Position numbers and translations under genes: made by a program. A model generated the notes under the pieces. That model had not been told where the DNA came from and ran no database searches. It was given only the letters and a program-made list of their open reading frames with translations. 64,000 bases of DNA from an uncultured Lachnospiraceae bacterium (lineage in GTDB: Bacteria; Bacillota; Clostridia; Lachnospirales; Lachnospiraceae): positions 7,592 to 71,591 of the forward strand of contig CAZMND010000002.1 of assembly GCA_964567585.1 (NCBI GenBank), written 5' to 3'. Position 1 is the first letter of the stretch. Each line of letters starts with the position of its first letter. This document shows, piece after piece, positions 50,321 through 60,028 of this stretch.

Positions 50321-50344
50321 GATTAGTAAATAGTAGGAGAATGT

Positions 50345-50860
50345 ATGAGACGAACAATTACGGTTGGAATTCTAATTTTTGTTTGTTTTCTTTTGCAGTC
50401 CTCTGTTTTTACAAGGCTGGATTTGGGTGGAATAACACCGAATCTGTTGATTGTTTTGACTGCTTCTTTTGGAGTTATGAGAGGCGAAAAAGAAGGAATG
50501 TTTATCGGCTTTGTTTGCGGACTGCTTATGGACATATTTTTTTCGGAATATATGGGTTTGTATTCACTTGTATATCTGTATATTGGCTTTTTTAACGGTA
50601 AATTCAAGAAAATTTTCTATCCGGATGATATTAAATTGCCGATTACTTTAATTATTTTCAGTGATTTGGTATATGGTCTGGTGTGCTATATTTCGTTTTT
50701 GCTTCGCGGAAAATTCCATTTCGGATACTATTTTTTAAATGTAATACTTCCCGAAATTGTATATACAATCATTATTACAATTGCATTGTATCCGCTTATT
50801 CTGATTATTAACAAAAAGTTGGACAACTACGAGAAAGGTCGGGCAAAGAAATTTGTTTAG
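50345..50860 (+). CDS. mreD: Rod-shape protein MreD
   Basis: 171-aa polytopic membrane protein in the mreD position, with PNLLIVLT and GLLMD patterns. Confidence 0.8.
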   Translation: MRRTITVGILIFVCFLLQSSVFTRLDLGGITPNLLIVLTASFGVMRGEKEGMFIGFVCGLLMDIFFSEYMGLYSLVYLYIGFFNGKFKKIFYPDDIKLPITLIIFSDLVYGLVCYISFLLRGKFHFGYYFLNVILPEIVYTIIITIALYPLILIINKKLDNYEKGRAKKFV

Positions 50861-53720
50861 TAACATAAAAAAATGGTTTGAAGGGTCAGTCAATATCCGA
50901 ATGAGCATCATTTCGATTGTTCTGTGTGTCATTGCCGGGATATTGATTTATAGGGTTTTTTCTCTGCAAATTGTCAGCGGACAGACTTATTTGGATGACT
51001 TTCAGTTAAAAATAGAAAAAGAACGTTCCCTTGCCAGCGCAAGAGGAAATATTTATGACAGAAACGGCAATCTTCTTGCCTATAATGAACTGGCATATTC
51101 TGTAACAATCGAGGATGTTTATGAATCAGGCAGATATAAAAACCGAAATATAAATAACACTCTGTACACGGTCATTAAAATGATTGAAAAAAATGGCGAC
51201 AGTGTAATCAGTGGATATGAAGTAATTCTAAATGACAGCGGCGAATATGAATTTTCCGTTAGCGGTACGAAGTTACTTAGATATCTGGCAGATATTTATG
51301 GACATAAGTCTACGGATAACTTGAAACTGGAAGAGCGAAATGCAACTCCTGATGAGGTTGTTGAGTATTTGTGTTCTACAAAAAAATACGGAATCGGTAC
51401 ATATACAGATCCGGAAGATTCAAAATCTTTTGTTCCATGTATGGGCTTTTCAAAAGAAGATATTTTGAAAATTATTACAATACGTGATGCTATGAGTGCA
51501 AACAATTACCAGAAATACATCCCAACAACCATCGCAACAGATGTAAGCGATGAAACGGTGGCTGTGATTATGGAAAATTTGGATGGACTTGACGGAATAA
51601 CCATTGCCGAAGATACGGTAAGACGCTATGTAGAAGGTAAGTATTTCTCGCAAATTATCGGTTATACCGGAAAAGCATCATCAGAAGAACTTGAAGAATT
51701 AAAACTGGAAAATCCTGATTATGCAGCTAATGATATTATCGGTAAAACCGGTATTGAGCAGACTATGGAGACAACTCTTCAGGGTACAAAAGGTTCAGAA
51801 ACGGTTTATGTAGACAATCTGGGCCGTGTTATTGAATCCACAAATTATATTGAACCTATCGCGGGTAACGATGTTTATTTGACAATTGATAAAGATTTAC
51901 AGATGGCTGCTTATAATATTTTAGAGCAAAATATTGCAGGTATTCTGGTTTCTAAAATAAGAAACGTAAAAGAGTATGTTCCCGGTGAAAATGCTTCCAG
52001 TGCGAATATTATTATACCGATATATGATGTTTATTTTGCATTGTTTGATAACAATATTATCAGTCTTTCAGATATGGCTGATGAAAATGCCGGCGAGACA
52101 GAAATGCTGGTGTATGAACGTTTTGGAACCCAGCAGGAAAATGTTCTTGAACGTATTTACGAAGAGATGTATGAGAAAAATACAGTCTATTCAAAATTGA
52201 CCAAAGAATATAAAAGTTATGAATCGTTTATTGTAGATGATTTACTTACAGATAAAGGAATTCTTGTTAAAGACAATATTGATACGGAAGACGAAACGTA
52301 TAAAGCCTTTAATGATGGCACTATCAGTATGTCGGAATATTTGAAATATGTCATTTCTGTCGGTTGGATTGATGTAAGTAAATTGGATGTCACAAGTGAA
52401 TATGCCGATTCGCAGGAAATTTATGATAAATTATCCGACTATATTCAGGAAAATTTAACGAAACAAAAAGATTTTTCCAAATTAATCATTAAATATATGA
52501 TTAAAGGGGATAAAATATCCGGGAAAATGGTATGCAATTTATTATGGGAGCAGGAAATTATATCTGTAAGCGAAGATGAGATGAATGCCTTAAATAATGG
52601 CAAAAAAACAGCTTATAATTTTATGATTGATCGTATTGTAAATCTGGAGATTACACCCTCGCAACTTGCACTTGATCCTTTTTCAGGTTCCATAGTTGTT
52701 ACGGATGTGAATACAGGCGATGTTTTAGCACTTGTTTCTTATCCGAGTTATGATAATAATAAGATGGCCAATGGCGTTGATGCGGAATATTTTTCAGCTA
52801 TTTTAGCGGATAAAACCACACCATTGTATAACTATGCAACGCAGCAGAGAACTGCGCCGGGTTCCACTTATAAAATGGTTTCGGCAACAGCCGCACTTGG
52901 AGAAGAGATTATCAATACCTCTTCAAAAATTACCTGCTATGGTTTTTATGAAACAGGTGATTCCATTGCAAGATGTTGGATTCATCCGGGAGCACATGGT
53001 TCATTAAATGTAATCGGTGGTATTCAACATTCGTGTAACGCATTTTTCTATGAAGTCGGACACAAGCTCAGTTTGACGGATAGCATATATGATAGCAGCA
53101 CAGGACTTGCTGTACTGGCAAAATATGCTGATATGTATGGTTTGTCAGAAACTTCCGGTGTGGAAATAGAAGAGTATTCGCCTAAGATTTCTGACACTGA
53201 CCCGATTCGTTCGGCAATCGGGCAGGGTACGAATAACTTTACGACTGCTCAGCTTGCCAGATATGTAACCACTGTTGCGAACCGTGGCACATGTTATAAT
53301 TTGACTTTGATTGATAAGGTGACAGATTCTAACAATAATCTTCTTTATGACAACGAAGCAACCATCCGTAATACTATGGATGATATCAGTACAAGTACAT
53401 GGAACGCCATTCAGCTTGGTATGAAACGTGTAGTGGAAGGCAAAGCATATTTTAAAGAGCTTGATGTTACAGTAGCCGGAAAAACCGGTACTGCACAGGA
53501 AAGTAAATCCAGAGCCAATCATGCGCTTTTTGTGTGTTTTGCGCCTTATGAAAAACCGGAAGTAGCTATTGCAACAAGAATTGCATTCGGGTATTCTTCT
53601 GATTATGCTGCACAGACGACGAAGGATGTTCTGGCATTCTATTATGGAAAAGATGATAATGAAGATATCGTAACAGGTACAGCTTCCGATATTGAAACAG
53701 GAACAGTATCAGGTGACTAA
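50853..53720 (+). CDS. mrdA: Class B penicillin-binding protein 2 (elongasome transpeptidase), long form (955 aa)
   Basis: RGNIYDRNGNLLA. Transpeptidase motifs STYK (SxxK), SCN (SxN) and KTGTA (KTG). The start is either TTG 50853 or in-frame ATG 50901. Confidence 0.9.
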   Translation: MFSNIKKWFEGSVNIRMSIISIVLCVIAGILIYRVFSLQIVSGQTYLDDFQLKIEKERSLASARGNIYDRNGNLLAYNELAYSVTIEDVYESGRYKNRNINNTLYTVIKMIEKNGDSVISGYEVILNDSGEYEFSVSGTKLLRYLADIYGHKSTDNLKLEERNATPDEVVEYLCSTKKYGIGTYTDPEDSKSFVPCMGFSKEDILKIITIRDAMSANNYQKYIPTTIATDVSDETVAVIMENLDGLDGITIAEDTVRRYVEGKYFSQIIGYTGKASSEELEELKLENPDYAANDIIGKTGIEQTMETTLQGTKGSETVYVDNLGRVIESTNYIEPIAGNDVYLTIDKDLQMAAYNILEQNIAGILVSKIRNVKEYVPGENASSANIIIPIYDVYFALFDNNIISLSDMADENAGETEMLVYERFGTQQENVLERIYEEMYEKNTVYSKLTKEYKSYESFIVDDLLTDKGILVKDNIDTEDETYKAFNDGTISMSEYLKYVISVGWIDVSKLDVTSEYADSQEIYDKLSDYIQENLTKQKDFSKLIIKYMIKGDKISGKMVCNLLWEQEIISVSEDEMNALNNGKKTAYNFMIDRIVNLEITPSQLALDPFSGSIVVTDVNTGDVLALVSYPSYDNNKMANGVDAEYFSAILADKTTPLYNYATQQRTAPGSTYKMVSATAALGEEIINTSSKITCYGFYETGDSIARCWIHPGAHGSLNVIGGIQHSCNAFFYEVGHKLSLTDSIYDSSTGLAVLAKYADMYGLSETSGVEIEEYSPKISDTDPIRSAIGQGTNNFTTAQLARYVTTVANRGTCYNLTLIDKVTDSNNNLLYDNEATIRNTMDDISTSTWNAIQLGMKRVVEGKAYFKELDVTVAGKTGTAQESKSRANHALFVCFAPYEKPEVAIATRIAFGYSSDYAAQTTKDVLAFYYGKDDNEDIVTGTASDIETGTVSGD

Positions 53721-53735
53721 AACGGAGATTTTTTT

Positions 53736-54413
53736 ATGAAAAGTTCAATTATTATTAAAAGCTTTCCACATGGTATCAGCTTACATTTACCACAGGAAGA
53801 AAGTATGGAATTTGTATTGGAAAAAGTGGCATTAAAATTTAAAGAATCCGCCGCATTTTTCAAAGATGCAAAAATGGTATTATCCATTGAAGGCAGACAA
53901 TTGACACAAGAAGAAGAACAGGCAGTTATTGATGCAATTGAAGGTAATTCAGATATTAAGATTTTGTGTCTTATCGGAAAAGATGCCGAAACGGAAAATA
54001 ATATTTTAAAAGCATTGGAACAGTACGAAAATGTTTCCGGTGACAACCGGGAACAAAATATCGGGCAGTTCTATAAAGGCAGTTTGAAGAGCGGACAGGT
54101 TTTGGAAACAGATTCCAGTATTGTTATTTTAGGCGATGTAAATCCCGGCGCAAATGTTATATCCAAAAAGGATATTATTATTATAGGCGGGCTTTATGGA
54201 AATGCGTATGCAGGCGGGAGTGGTGAAGAAGGACATTATATTATTGCACTGGATATTTCGGCAGAATGCATTAAGGTTGATAATCATCGCAGTAAGCCTC
54301 AAAAAACATCGAAATGGCCTATTAGGCCAAAGTATCAGCCAAAGATTGCGCATGTAGTAAATGACAATTTGGTTATAGAAACTATTTCAAAAGATTTTAC
54401 AAGCAAATTGTAA
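53736..54413 (+). CDS. minC: Septum site-determining protein MinC
   Basis: C-terminal beta-helix pattern ILGDVNPGANVISKKDIIIIGGLYGNAYAG. Located upstream of minD/minE. Confidence 0.88.
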   Translation: MKSSIIIKSFPHGISLHLPQEESMEFVLEKVALKFKESAAFFKDAKMVLSIEGRQLTQEEEQAVIDAIEGNSDIKILCLIGKDAETENNILKALEQYENVSGDNREQNIGQFYKGSLKSGQVLETDSSIVILGDVNPGANVISKKDIIIIGGLYGNAYAGGSGEEGHYIIALDISAECIKVDNHRSKPQKTSKWPIRPKYQPKIAHVVNDNLVIETISKDFTSKL

Positions 54414-54483
54414 AGAAATAACATAAGATAACTTTTCAATATATACCAAGGATAAATTCACTAAATTTAAGGAGGTATATGAT

Positions 54484-55275
54484 ATGTGTGAAGTTATTGT
54501 TGTTACATCCGGAAAAGGCGGCGTTGGCAAAACCACATCGTCAGCAAATATCGGTACGGGACTTGCCGCTACCGGAAAAAGGGTCGTTTTAATTGATACG
54601 GATATAGGCCTTAGAAACCTTGATGTTGTTATGGGGCTCGAAAACCGTATTGTTTACAATCTGGTTGACGTGATTGAAGGCAACTGCCGGATAAAACAGG
54701 CACTAATCAGGGATAGACGTTATCCAAGTCTTTATTTATTACCATCAGCTCAGACAAAGGATAAATCGTCCGTCACACCGGAACAAATGATAAAAATGAT
54801 AGACCACTTGCGCAGTCAGTTTGATTACATTATTTTGGACTGTCCCGCAGGAATTGAACAGGGATTTCAGAACGCAGTAGCAGGCGCCGATAGGGCATTT
54901 GTTGTTACAACACCTGAAGTATCGGCTATTCGAGATGCCGACAGAATTATTGGACTTTTGGAGGCGTATGAATTTACACAGATACATTTGATTATCAATC
55001 GTCTTCGCTACGATATGGTGAAAAGAGGAGATATGATGTCTTCGTCGGATGTTGTAGATATTTTGTCCATACCGCTTCTCGGAATCGTACCGGATGATGA
55101 AAATGTTGTAGTATCCACTAATCAGGGAGAGCCTCTTGTTGGAAGCAGCACCATGGCCGGAAAGGCCTATGAAAATATATGCAGAAGAATTTTGAATGAA
55201 GAAGTTCCGTTTATGAACTTTGAACACGGATTTTCTTTTTGGACAAAATTAAGCGGCATATTTCATAGAGTCTAA
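54484..55275 (+). CDS. minD: Septum site-determining ATPase MinD
   Basis: RBS GGAGG. The deviant Walker A SGKGGVGKTT, plus IDTDIGLRNLD and ILDCPAGIE. Confidence 0.96.
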   Translation: MCEVIVVTSGKGGVGKTTSSANIGTGLAATGKRVVLIDTDIGLRNLDVVMGLENRIVYNLVDVIEGNCRIKQALIRDRRYPSLYLLPSAQTKDKSSVTPEQMIKMIDHLRSQFDYIILDCPAGIEQGFQNAVAGADRAFVVTTPEVSAIRDADRIIGLLEAYEFTQIHLIINRLRYDMVKRGDMMSSSDVVDILSIPLLGIVPDDENVVVSTNQGEPLVGSSTMAGKAYENICRRILNEEVPFMNFEHGFSFWTKLSGIFHRV

Positions 55276-55285
55276 AGGAAAGGGT

Positions 55286-55552
55286 GTGAAAAATATGAAA
55301 TTTTATAGATTTTTTTACAAAAGGCATTCGAAAACAACGGCAAAAGACAGACTTCGGGTATTGCTGATTTCTGATAGGATAAATTGTTCGCAGGAAACAC
55401 TGGAACTTATGAAAAAGGATATTGCAAAGGTGATTTCGCAGTATATGAAAATTGACGTCAGTAAGATGGATGTGCAAATCAAGCAGGACGTTCAGGGAAA
55501 ACGAAATGCATCCTTAAATGCAACTATTCCGATTTTAGATTTATATAAATAA
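55286..55552 (+). CDS. minE: Cell division topological specificity factor MinE
   Basis: 88 aa. SKTTAKDRLRVLLISDR...LELMKKDIAKVISQYMKID matches the MinE pattern. Located after minD. Confidence 0.88.
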   Translation: MKNMKFYRFFYKRHSKTTAKDRLRVLLISDRINCSQETLELMKKDIAKVISQYMKIDVSKMDVQIKQDVQGKRNASLNATIPILDLYK

Positions 55553-55564
55553 CTTGGAGAAAAA

Positions 55565-56707
55565 ATGTTACGACAGTACCATATAAAAAATTATGATTTT
55601 AAGTTAATATTATTAGTAGTAGCACTTACGGTCGTCGGAATTGTAACAATCGGAAGCGCCAACAGCGAGTTCCAGGACAAGCAGATAATGGGGCTTTTTA
55701 TGGGGCTTTTCGTTATGGTTGTGGTTTCGCTGATTGATTATTCGTTTATTTTACGTTTCTCATGGGTAATATACGGATTAAATCTTTTGTTACTCATTTT
55801 GGTAACTACAAGCCTTGGAGAAACTACGAATAATTCACAACGATGGGTCAGTATTTTCGGCATACGTTTTCAGCCTTCAGAGCTGACGAAAATATTGTTG
55901 ATTTTATTCTTTGCCCAGTTTATTATGTTACATAAGGAACATATTAGTAAGCTAAAGTATATCATTTTATCCGTTATACTTTTGGCACCACCGTTATTTT
56001 TGGTCTTAGAGCAACCGGACTTATCTACAAGTATTGTAATTGCAGTAGTATTTTGCGTTTTAATGTTTGTAGGCGGACTTGATAAACGAATTGTTATAGG
56101 GATTGTATCAGTTCTTGTTCCGGCAGTAATTATTTTTTTTATGCTGATTGTGCAAGAAGACCAAAATCTGGTCCAAGACTACCAAAGACTTCGTATTATG
56201 GCGTGGCTTTATCCGGATGAATATTCTACATCTACAGCATATCAACAGCTGAATTCCATTATGGCAATTGGTTCAGGAATGTTGTTTGGAAAAGGATATA
56301 AAAATAACGAAATTACATCCGTAAAAAATGGTAATTTCATTTCAGAACCACAGACTGACTTTATTTTTGCAATTGTAGGTGAAGAATTTGGGTTTATAGG
56401 TACATGTGGTGTTATTGTACTGATATTATTGATTGTATTGGAATGTATAAGTATTGCGCGTAAGGCGAAAGATCTGGCAGGAACACTGATTGCAATGGGT
56501 GTTGCAGCATTAATAGGTTTCCAAAGCTTTTTGAATATATCCGTAGCAACGGGTGTTATGCCTAACACAGGTATTCCGCTACCGTTTGTCAGTTACGGAT
56601 TAACATCATTATTAAGCTTATATATAGGTGTAGGGCTATTATTAAATGTAAGGTTACAAGGGAATAACAGAAAACAGGCTACCAACCAGAGGGGGTTAGA
56701 ACTATGA
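55565..56707 (+). CDS. rodA: SEDS-family peptidoglycan polymerase RodA
   Basis: FQPSELTKI, PDLSTSIV, EPQTDFIFAIVGEEFGFIG, and GIPLPFVSYG. Confidence 0.9.
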   Translation: MLRQYHIKNYDFKLILLVVALTVVGIVTIGSANSEFQDKQIMGLFMGLFVMVVVSLIDYSFILRFSWVIYGLNLLLLILVTTSLGETTNNSQRWVSIFGIRFQPSELTKILLILFFAQFIMLHKEHISKLKYIILSVILLAPPLFLVLEQPDLSTSIVIAVVFCVLMFVGGLDKRIVIGIVSVLVPAVIIFFMLIVQEDQNLVQDYQRLRIMAWLYPDEYSTSTAYQQLNSIMAIGSGMLFGKGYKNNEITSVKNGNFISEPQTDFIFAIVGEEFGFIGTCGVIVLILLIVLECISIARKAKDLAGTLIAMGVAALIGFQSFLNISVATGVMPNTGIPLPFVSYGLTSLLSLYIGVGLLLNVRLQGNNRKQATNQRGLEL

Positions 56708-57099
56708 ACATAGCATTAATTGCACATGATGCTAAGAAAAAACTTATGCAAAATTTCTGTATTGCATATAGGGGTATTTTAAGCAAAAATGATCTTTTTG
56801 CGACAGGAACAACAGGAAGACTTATTGAGGAAGTTACAAATCTTACGATTCATAAGTTTTTAGCAGGTCATTTGGGTGGCGAACAACAAATTGGGGCACA
56901 GATTGAACACAATCAGATTGACTTGGTAATCTTTTTGAGAGATCCACTTAATCCAAAACATCACGAACCAGATGTTAGTAATGTTATGCGTCTTTGTGAT
57001 ATGCATAATATTCCGTTAGCAACAAATCTTGCATCAGCAGAACTTTTAATCAAGTCATTGGACAGAGGAGACTTAGAGTGGCGTGAAATGTACAAATAA
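56704..57099 (+). CDS. mgsA: Methylglyoxal synthase
   Basis: IALIAHDAKK, LFATGTTG, GHLGGEQQIGA, VIFLRDPL, HEPDV, and NIPLATN. Confidence 0.93.
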   Translation: MNIALIAHDAKKKLMQNFCIAYRGILSKNDLFATGTTGRLIEEVTNLTIHKFLAGHLGGEQQIGAQIEHNQIDLVIFLRDPLNPKHHEPDVSNVMRLCDMHNIPLATNLASAELLIKSLDRGDLEWREMYK

Positions 57100-58063
57100 G
57101 AAAAAAACAAGGCTTATTTTGCTATGCATTCTTGCTATAACTTTATGCGGTTGTGGCAAGAGTGACTATGCATTTGAATACAGCAAAAATCATCACACCA
57201 GTAGTTTTAACATTATTTCATCTACCACACCGCAGACTGTCGATACATTTGCATCTGATATTTGTGTGGTAACCGATGATATTTCATCGGATGATTTTGC
57301 AGTGGAAGATGAAAGCGCTGCGGCACTTTTTGATGTAAAAAACAACGAGGTTATTTATGCAAAGGATGCCAATGAAATGTTGTATCCTGCCAGTCTGACA
57401 AAGGTTATGACAGCTTTGGTTGCTATAAAAAATGCCAATCCGGATGATATTTTGGTAGCAACAGACAGTGTTAAAATAACAGAAAGCGGAGCAACGCTTA
57501 TCGGATTAAAATCCGGCGATACAATGACACTTAACCAGGCACTACATATTTTACTTATCAATTCCTCAAATGATGTCGCTAATCTGATTGCAGAAAATGT
57601 AGCAGGCGATATTGAGACTTTTGTTGAAATGATGAATGAAGAAGCCGTAAGACTGGGTGCAACCAACACGAATTTTACAAATCCGCATGGTTTAAGTGAT
57701 TCCAATCATTACACAACCGTGTATGATATGTACTTAATTTTTAACGAGGCCGTTAAGTATGATATGTTCAATGAAATCATTCATATGCAGTCGTATGAGA
57801 CTGTTTATTATGATTCCAGAGGCCATGAAAAAGAAGTGTCCATAAGCACTACAAATATGTTTTTGCGTGGAAATTATACAGCACCGAATAATATGACTGT
57901 AGTAGGCGGAAAAACAGGAACAACCGATATGTCGGGACACTGTCTTATGATTCTCGCAAAAGACACTTCGGGCAATCCATATATTGGTGTTATACTTAGA
58001 GCAAGCTCAAGAGATTTAATAAATAAAGAAATGGTACAAATGCTTTCCGAAATCAATAAATAA
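57083..58063 (+). CDS. Serine-type D-Ala-D-Ala carboxypeptidase (S11, PBP5/DacB-like), lipoprotein
   Basis: GTG start. Lipobox LCGC-G. SxxK (SLTK), SxN (SSND) and KTG (KTGTT). Confidence 0.85.
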   Translation: MKCTNKKKTRLILLCILAITLCGCGKSDYAFEYSKNHHTSSFNIISSTTPQTVDTFASDICVVTDDISSDDFAVEDESAAALFDVKNNEVIYAKDANEMLYPASLTKVMTALVAIKNANPDDILVATDSVKITESGATLIGLKSGDTMTLNQALHILLINSSNDVANLIAENVAGDIETFVEMMNEEAVRLGATNTNFTNPHGLSDSNHYTTVYDMYLIFNEAVKYDMFNEIIHMQSYETVYYDSRGHEKEVSISTTNMFLRGNYTAPNNMTVVGGKTGTTDMSGHCLMILAKDTSGNPYIGVILRASSRDLINKEMVQMLSEINK

Positions 58064-58066
58064 ATG

Positions 58067-58095
58067 TTGTTTTTTACAAGTATATCCTTTATAAT
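58067..58095 (+). promoter_or_regulatory. Candidate sigma-A-type promoter (-35 TTGTTT, 17-nt spacer, -10 TATAAT)
   Basis: Read directly. The -10 is perfect and the -35 is weak (TTG only). Located in the 90-nt gap upstream of the P-loop ORF. Confidence 0.35.
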
Positions 58096-58153
58096 AAATC
58101 TAAGGTATTTACTTGGGGAAAGTAAAATTTCTATACCGTAGGAGGGTATCTCA

Positions 58154-58573
58154 ATGATTCAGTTAATTGTAGGAAATAAGGGTAAAGGTAAAACAAAAAA
58201 ACTCTTAGACAAAGTTAATGCTGAAGTTTTAACAGCAAATGGTAATATTGTATATCTTGATAAGAGTACAAAGCATATGTTCGAATTAAACAACAAGGTT
58301 CGTTTAATCGATGTTAGTGAATTCCCGATTGATAATTGTGATCAGTTTGTAGGTTTTGTATTAGGAATTGCTTCACAGGATCATGATTTAGAGCAGGTTT
58401 ATTTCGATAGTTTCTTAGACCTTGCAAAAATTGATGGAAATAGCGTAGAAGATGCGTTATCTAAATTTGAAAATATCAGTAATAAATATAATATAAATCT
58501 TGTTATGAGTATTTCAATGGATGAAAAGGATATTCCTGAATCAATGAAATCAACTATAATTGTTTCACTGTAA
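58154..58573 (+). CDS. Small (139 aa) P-loop protein of unknown function
   Basis: RBS GGAGGG. Walker A GNKGKGKT at residues 7-14. Possible Walker B IVYLD. Confidence 0.6.
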   Translation: MIQLIVGNKGKGKTKKLLDKVNAEVLTANGNIVYLDKSTKHMFELNNKVRLIDVSEFPIDNCDQFVGFVLGIASQDHDLEQVYFDSFLDLAKIDGNSVEDALSKFENISNKYNINLVMSISMDEKDIPESMKSTIIVSL

Positions 58574-58584
58574 TGAAAGGATAA

Positions 58585-58615
58585 GGCCTCGGAAAATTCC
58601 GAGGTCTTAAGTTTT
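58585..58615 (+). terminator. Hairpin, a possible weak terminator, after the P-loop ORF
   Basis: Stem GGCCTCGGA / TCCGAGGTC with a 4-nt loop, followed by an interrupted T tract (TTAAGTTTT). Confidence 0.45.
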
Positions 58616-58634
58616 GTATGTTAGGAGGTGCAAA

Positions 58635-60020
58635 ATGGAAGAAAATAATGTCATACAGTTTCCCAAACTCAAAAAATTAAATTTGGGTATTTTAGCATTT
58701 TTTGTATTGATTATTTTTTATCTGTGTGGAATTATGTATTCTTATTTTACCTCCAAACATATTGTTAGTTATCAGGTATTAAACAGTTCACTATCTACGG
58801 AAAGTACCTATACAGGTATTGCATTACGTGAAGAGACCGTTTACACGGCAAATAAAAGCGGATATTTGAACTATTATGTAAGGGAAGCTTCTAAAGTGGG
58901 TTATGGAAATTTAATATATTCCGTGGATCCTGATGGTTCTGTAAAAGAAATAATTAGTTCGAATCTTACAGATAACGTATCAGTTCTTTCAGAAGAAGAA
59001 CTTAATCTGTTGCGAACAGAAATTACAGGATATGTATCCAATTTTGATGTTGCAAATTATTCTGATACCTATCAGTTAAAATATACTATCCAAAATTATA
59101 TTTCCAAAATTTTAAGTGAATCCTTATCCTCTTTGCAATCAAGCGGAAATGTTCATTTTTCCTATGCAAATAAACCGGGATATGTAATTTATTCCGTAGA
59201 CGGCTATGAAAATCTTACTCCCACAGATATCACGGAAGATATAATGAGCAGAAGAAATTATGAGAAAAAAAATCTGATTATGGGTGAAGAAATTGCCGCC
59301 GGAGATCCTGCGTATAAACTGTGTACATCCGAAAATTGGTCGATTGTTATTGAATGTAACGAAGCTTATGCAGATAAACTGGTTGCGGAAGAGTATGTTC
59401 AGGTCAAATTTGAAAAGAATCAGAACACTTCATGGGGAAAGGTTACAAAATACAATAATCCGGATGGAAAAACATATGTAAGTCTTACATTTAACAATTC
59501 GGTGATTGCTTTTTGTACAGAACGTTTTATAGATATTGAGATTATACTGGAAAAAGAAAATGGATTAAAAATTCCAAACACTTCTATCGTAGAAAAAGAA
59601 TTTTTCTTAATTCCGTCCAAATATATTATGAAAGGTGCTAACAGCACAACAGGATATATGGTTAGTCGATTGACATATGACAGTAAGGGCGAGCGTATTA
59701 GAGAAACCTTCGAGATTTCAATTTATAATTATGATGAAGCGAATGAATTGTATTATGTAGACGATGAAATATTGAGAAAAGATGATATTTTATGTGCTGA
59801 AGATACTATGACTGATACACATATTGTTGGGCAAACGGGCACATTGATTGGTGTTTATAATATCAATAAAGGTTATGCGGATTTTAAACAAATTATTATT
59901 TTATCGCAAAATGATGAATATTCTATTGTTGCGTCCAATACAGATTACGGTCTGAATATGTATGATTATATCGTTCTGGATGCAAAAGTAGTTAATGAAA
60001 ATGATTTTATTTATGAATAG
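58635..60020 (+). CDS. N-terminally anchored extracytoplasmic protein, possibly HlyD/membrane-fusion-like
   Basis: RBS AGGAGG before ATG 58635. One TM (LGILAFFVLIIFYLCGIMYSYF). My family assignment rests only on recollection of similar synteny upstream of yggS/sepF in Clostridia. Confidence 0.35.
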   Translation: MEENNVIQFPKLKKLNLGILAFFVLIIFYLCGIMYSYFTSKHIVSYQVLNSSLSTESTYTGIALREETVYTANKSGYLNYYVREASKVGYGNLIYSVDPDGSVKEIISSNLTDNVSVLSEEELNLLRTEITGYVSNFDVANYSDTYQLKYTIQNYISKILSESLSSLQSSGNVHFSYANKPGYVIYSVDGYENLTPTDITEDIMSRRNYEKKNLIMGEEIAAGDPAYKLCTSENWSIVIECNEAYADKLVAEEYVQVKFEKNQNTSWGKVTKYNNPDGKTYVSLTFNNSVIAFCTERFIDIEIILEKENGLKIPNTSIVEKEFFLIPSKYIMKGANSTTGYMVSRLTYDSKGERIRETFEISIYNYDEANELYYVDDEILRKDDILCAEDTMTDTHIVGQTGTLIGVYNINKGYADFKQIIILSQNDEYSIVASNTDYGLNMYDYIVLDAKVVNENDFIYE

Positions 60021-60028
60021 GTGTATTT

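Noticed and set aside
50341-50595. 84-aa + strand ORF in another frame over the mreD start
   Set aside because: It overlaps mreD almost completely. The mreD frame gives the expected polytopic membrane protein, which continues to the pbp2 start.
54745-55227. 160-aa minus-strand ORF inside minD
   Set aside because: It is antisense to a highly conserved minD and has no RBS or motif.
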